Source of the DNA: Lingula anatina
Taxonomy: Eukaryota > Animalia > Brachiopoda
Reading direction: 5' to 3'
DNA: 64,000 nt
Assembly (NCBI GenBank): GCA_051362555.1
Contig: CM120646.1
Coordinates: forward strand, 16,120,001 to 16,184,000
The position numbers and the translations under genes were made by a program. Positions 61,601 to 64,000 of the stretch are shown one piece after another; the first letter of the stretch is position 1; the number at the start of each line of letters is the position of its first letter. The notes under the pieces were generated by a model. That model saw only the letters and a list, made by a program, of their open reading frames with translations, had not been told where the DNA came from and made no database searches.

Positions 61601-62605
61601 TACTGATCTGCTTTTAAAACAATGGCGGGCGCAAAGGTATGTTTAGTCACGCTCACATTTTTTAAGACTGTGTTTTTACATACATTAACTTTTTGGCCCT
61701 CTTATTTGCTTTGCTCAATTGAATTCTTCTGCATGCCTACCATAGCTTTGCAGCCATCTTCTTTACATAGGTTTTAAAACAATTCTGACAAAAAATGACT
61801 GTTTCTCTTTGGATTTCTGTTTTTTCTGCTTTTTTTTTTTTTTATAAATTAAATGGAAAGGCCGAAATATATCATAATCAAAAGGTTGACAACTTTTCGT
61901 TTGGCCAAAAAATAGATTTCCCAAGGGTAAAGGACAATTTCCCCATATCTAGTTTTTGAATTAAAATGCTAATCTACACCGAGTTAATTATGTGGGAACT
62001 TTGTCTCTGCCATTCAAATAAATTAGTTTGGAAATTTACCAACCTATTATTGGTATATTTTTTAAAGAAGCCTTAAAGTTTCATTTGAAAAACAACTTAA
62101 AATTAGTAAATGATACCAAACTAATTGATTTGAGTAGCGAAGACATTTCTCAAAGTCCCCACACAAATTAATCACAGACTTTTATGGGGGGGGGGGGGGG
62201 GGGGTACTGAAAAAGTGCCAATATTAAAACCAATTTTGGTCCAATTTTTCGCTTTATAGTGTATATTAGTGCGGTGTTACCAAGACCAAGGACGTATAAT
62301 ATATACGTCCTTGCCAAGACCTTGTATTTTCTTTCATTTTAGATTAATATTTATAAACATTTCAAGGTGAAACTGAAAGCCAAGTGTTGGACCAACGGTC
62401 ATTTAATTTTCTCAAAAGTTTATCAGATTTTTGTACCAGCGTTCAATCATTAGAAAGTGATGGTAAAGGCTTGACTTTCAAAATTTAAACCATTGAAGTT
62501 GAACTGCGCCATTTTGCCAGTTTAAACTTTTTACCTGCCATTAATGTACTTACCACCACTGCTTGTCCCAATAAGCATGATAATACACAGAGCTTGTTCC
62601 CACAT
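56205..62605 (-). CDS. Gene B: Lachesin-like 3-Ig GPI-anchored adhesion protein, ~386 aa, 8 coding exons
   Basis: Exons (minus) 62605-62554, 61303-61173, 60452-60378, 59732-59567, 58363-58203, 57645-57447, 56972-56733, 56341-56205 join into 1161 nt in frame. SP MWEQALCIIMLIGTSSG; three Ig domains; Lachesin-like 'YQAPG..VTLEC' and post-Ig3 'ECQGPAC' motif; hydrophobic C-terminus. Confidence 0.92.
56416..56460. repeat. poly(A) tract (poly-U in gene B intron 7)
   Basis: Direct inspection. Confidence 0.9.
56733..56972 (-). CDS. Gene B exon 7, Ig3
   Basis: GEPLPEFAWY...LRIFDVESTDYGRYECEGYNKYG; ttcag/gtaagt. Confidence 0.93.
57447..57645 (-). CDS. Gene B exon 6, Ig2 C-half + Ig3 start
   Basis: LSLRNVTRDAGGSYRCTANNDV...YQAPGSFEVTLECIIS; tctag/gtaaaa. 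Confidence 0.92.
58203..58363 (-). CDS. Gene B exon 5, Ig2 N-half
   Basis: VNLTCTAAGTPTPVVTWTR; tctag/gtaagt. Confidence 0.93.
58612..58688. repeat. (TA)n microsatellite
   Basis: Direct inspection. Confidence 0.95.
59567..59732 (-). CDS. Gene B exon 4, Ig1 C-part
   Basis: STLVINQLEQSDSGQYICKV; ttcag/gtaagc. Confidence 0.93.
59794..60127. mobile_element. Kolobok-like MITE (TTAA TSD, AGG termini)
   Basis: TTAA-AGGGATAATAACTCTTCGT ... ACGAAGAGTTATTATCCCT-TTAA. Confidence 0.82.
60378..60452 (-). CDS. Gene B exon 3, Ig1 middle
   Basis: IHWYHEDRHLYAGDQEVIFDHEEQR; tttag/gtgagt. Confidence 0.9.
60915..61146. mobile_element. Diverged MITE family 1 relative
   Basis: CCATCATA..AGCTGGATCA start is shared with 11826-11960; TAATTACCCC core; TATGATGG end. 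Confidence 0.5.
61173..61303 (-). CDS. Gene B exon 2, Ig1 N-part
   Basis: AGCGSNSGQ...IAGTARLTCVVSQLQSNV; tgtag/gtaagt. Confidence 0.9.
62280..62320. mobile_element. 27-bp palindrome with 7-bp direct repeats (P-element-like footprint)
   Basis: CCAAGAC-[CAAGGACGTATA ata TATACGTCCTTG]-CCAAGAC. Confidence 0.6.
62554..62605 (-). CDS. Gene B exon 1, signal peptide
   Basis: MWEQALCIIMLIGTSSG, donor gtaagt, phase 1. Confidence 0.85.
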
Positions 62606-62699
62606 TTTGATTGTTTGATTTACTTGGAATAAACCTGGAATGTAATCTTTAAAAACAAACACACACACGCAGGTAAGGTCTCTAGTACGGCTCCCAGAA

Positions 62700-63100
62700 C
62701 AGGTATTTTTAAGTCAAAGCATTGATGACCTCATTTTCACCTGTCACGTGACCACGTGGGTGCATGCCGGGAATAGCTCAGTGACTCACCTGTACAGAGT
62801 TTACGCACCTGGATAACTAACACCTGACTCAGGTTCCGCACAAATACATGTATCAAGCGATGATTTTGAACCAGATATGCGTCTAAACCTAACTTATTCC
62901 TATATTTTCACAAATGTCTTTTGTATTATCTTACTACAAATAACGATAAAATAACCATTAAATAATTAATTAATCCTTTTTCTCATCGTACAGATGTGGC
63001 CTATTGAGCAGTCGGACGTGGATAAAATGAGTCACGAAAAGCGTCTGTGCAACGGTGTCGCGAATCCACGGCATCAAGAAAGGGAGTCTTCCCACCCCTT
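62700..63100 (-). promoter_or_regulatory. Putative promoter/5'UTR region of gene B
   Basis: CpG-rich. E-boxes CACCTG/CACGTG cluster at 62738-62760; TGA(C/G)TCA at 62782, 62825, 63028; minus-strand donor CAG|GTGAGT at ~62790 suggests a non-coding first exon. Confidence 0.4.
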
Positions 63101-63290
63101 TCCGTTTCCCCTGTAGTATTACACAATGGCGTTGTATATATTTTTTCCTTAATAGAGAATAATTTGGTTTCTAGACTTTATAAATTGTTTTGAAAATTGG
63201 GAAAGCTGCAAAGAAATAGTTTAGAAAATTTGGGGCAGAACGCAGGTCAAAACATAACTAGCTAAGAATGACTTTTCTTGGCATCATTTA

Positions 63291-63524
63291 TGCCCCTATT
63301 TCACACAGACCACGAATCCCACGAATCACCAGGAATTGACAGATTTCAGGATTCGTGGTTGAATCGTAATCAGTTCGTGAAGTTCTTAACAGATTCGTAT
63401 ATATTCGTAGTCAGTTCTTGCAACTCTTGATCAATTACGAACTGATTACGATTCAACCACGAATCCTGAAATTTGTCAATTCCTGGCGATTCGTGGGATT
63501 CGTGGTCTGCGTGAAATAGGGGCA
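63291..63524. mobile_element. Young foldback MITE (Harbinger-like) with ~88-bp near-perfect arms
   Basis: TGCCCCTATTTCAC(A/G)CAGACCACGAATCCC... inverted at the other end; TTA/TAA flanks. Confidence 0.85.
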
Positions 63525-64000
63525 TAACACATCTAACATACGACAGTAGGCCTACCATTTGGCATATCGATGTCCATACTAAAATACAAATTTAACGTTT
63601 ATATTTAGACCACTCTAGACGAGTTAACTGTTATATTTTTAGAATGAAAACATGAGGGACTATCTTAACGTTGAAACTTTCTTTAACACAGATAAAAAGG
63701 CCCGTAGCTGTGAGGAAAGACGCCTGACATACTGGTAATATTATGTGTCATCTGGCGGAGATCGATACTGAAAGTGGTTGTCACGCACACCTACAAAGCG
63801 GAGGGTCAGTTGAATCACCGTGATTAGGCAAAATCACTTTAACAGAGACAGGCGACTGCCCCTACGTAATACATAGATTGCTAAAGTGTTAATCACCTAC
63901 GGACATAAGAATTTTACTTTACATAACAACTTCTAACAGCCAAAAGTTAGTTTTAAACATAGGTGCCCACATCAAATGGTATTATTTACGATGTATATAG

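Overview
Eukaryotic (intron-rich, AT-rich, CpG-depleted) genomic DNA. It is probably a marine invertebrate deuterostome such as an echinoderm; this is inferred from composition and repeat types only. Manual splicing of the sequence gives a cluster of three complete cell-surface immunoglobulin-superfamily genes of the IgLON/Lachesin/Klingon-Wrapper ('Wirin') type. Gene A (+ strand, 2862-42121, 15 coding exons, ~570 aa) encodes signal peptide, 3 Ig, 1 FN3, a Ser/Thr-rich stalk and a GPI-type tail. It has a 24.8-kb first intron, symmetric stalk cassette exons and up to three alternative terminal exons. Gene B (- strand, 62605-56205, 8 exons, ~386 aa) is Lachesin-like, with 3 Ig and a GPI-type tail. 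Gene C (- strand, 51714-47112, 8 exons, ~367 aa) is a divergent 3-Ig GPI paralog with a GC-AG intron. Introns carry a 3.6-kb Helentron-type non-autonomous element with ~17 x 146-bp tandem repeats, many MITEs (PIF/Harbinger-, Kolobok-, CMC- and Tc1-like), a probable P-element-type footprint and microsatellites. Most ORFs in the supplied track are spurious; a few overlap real exons.
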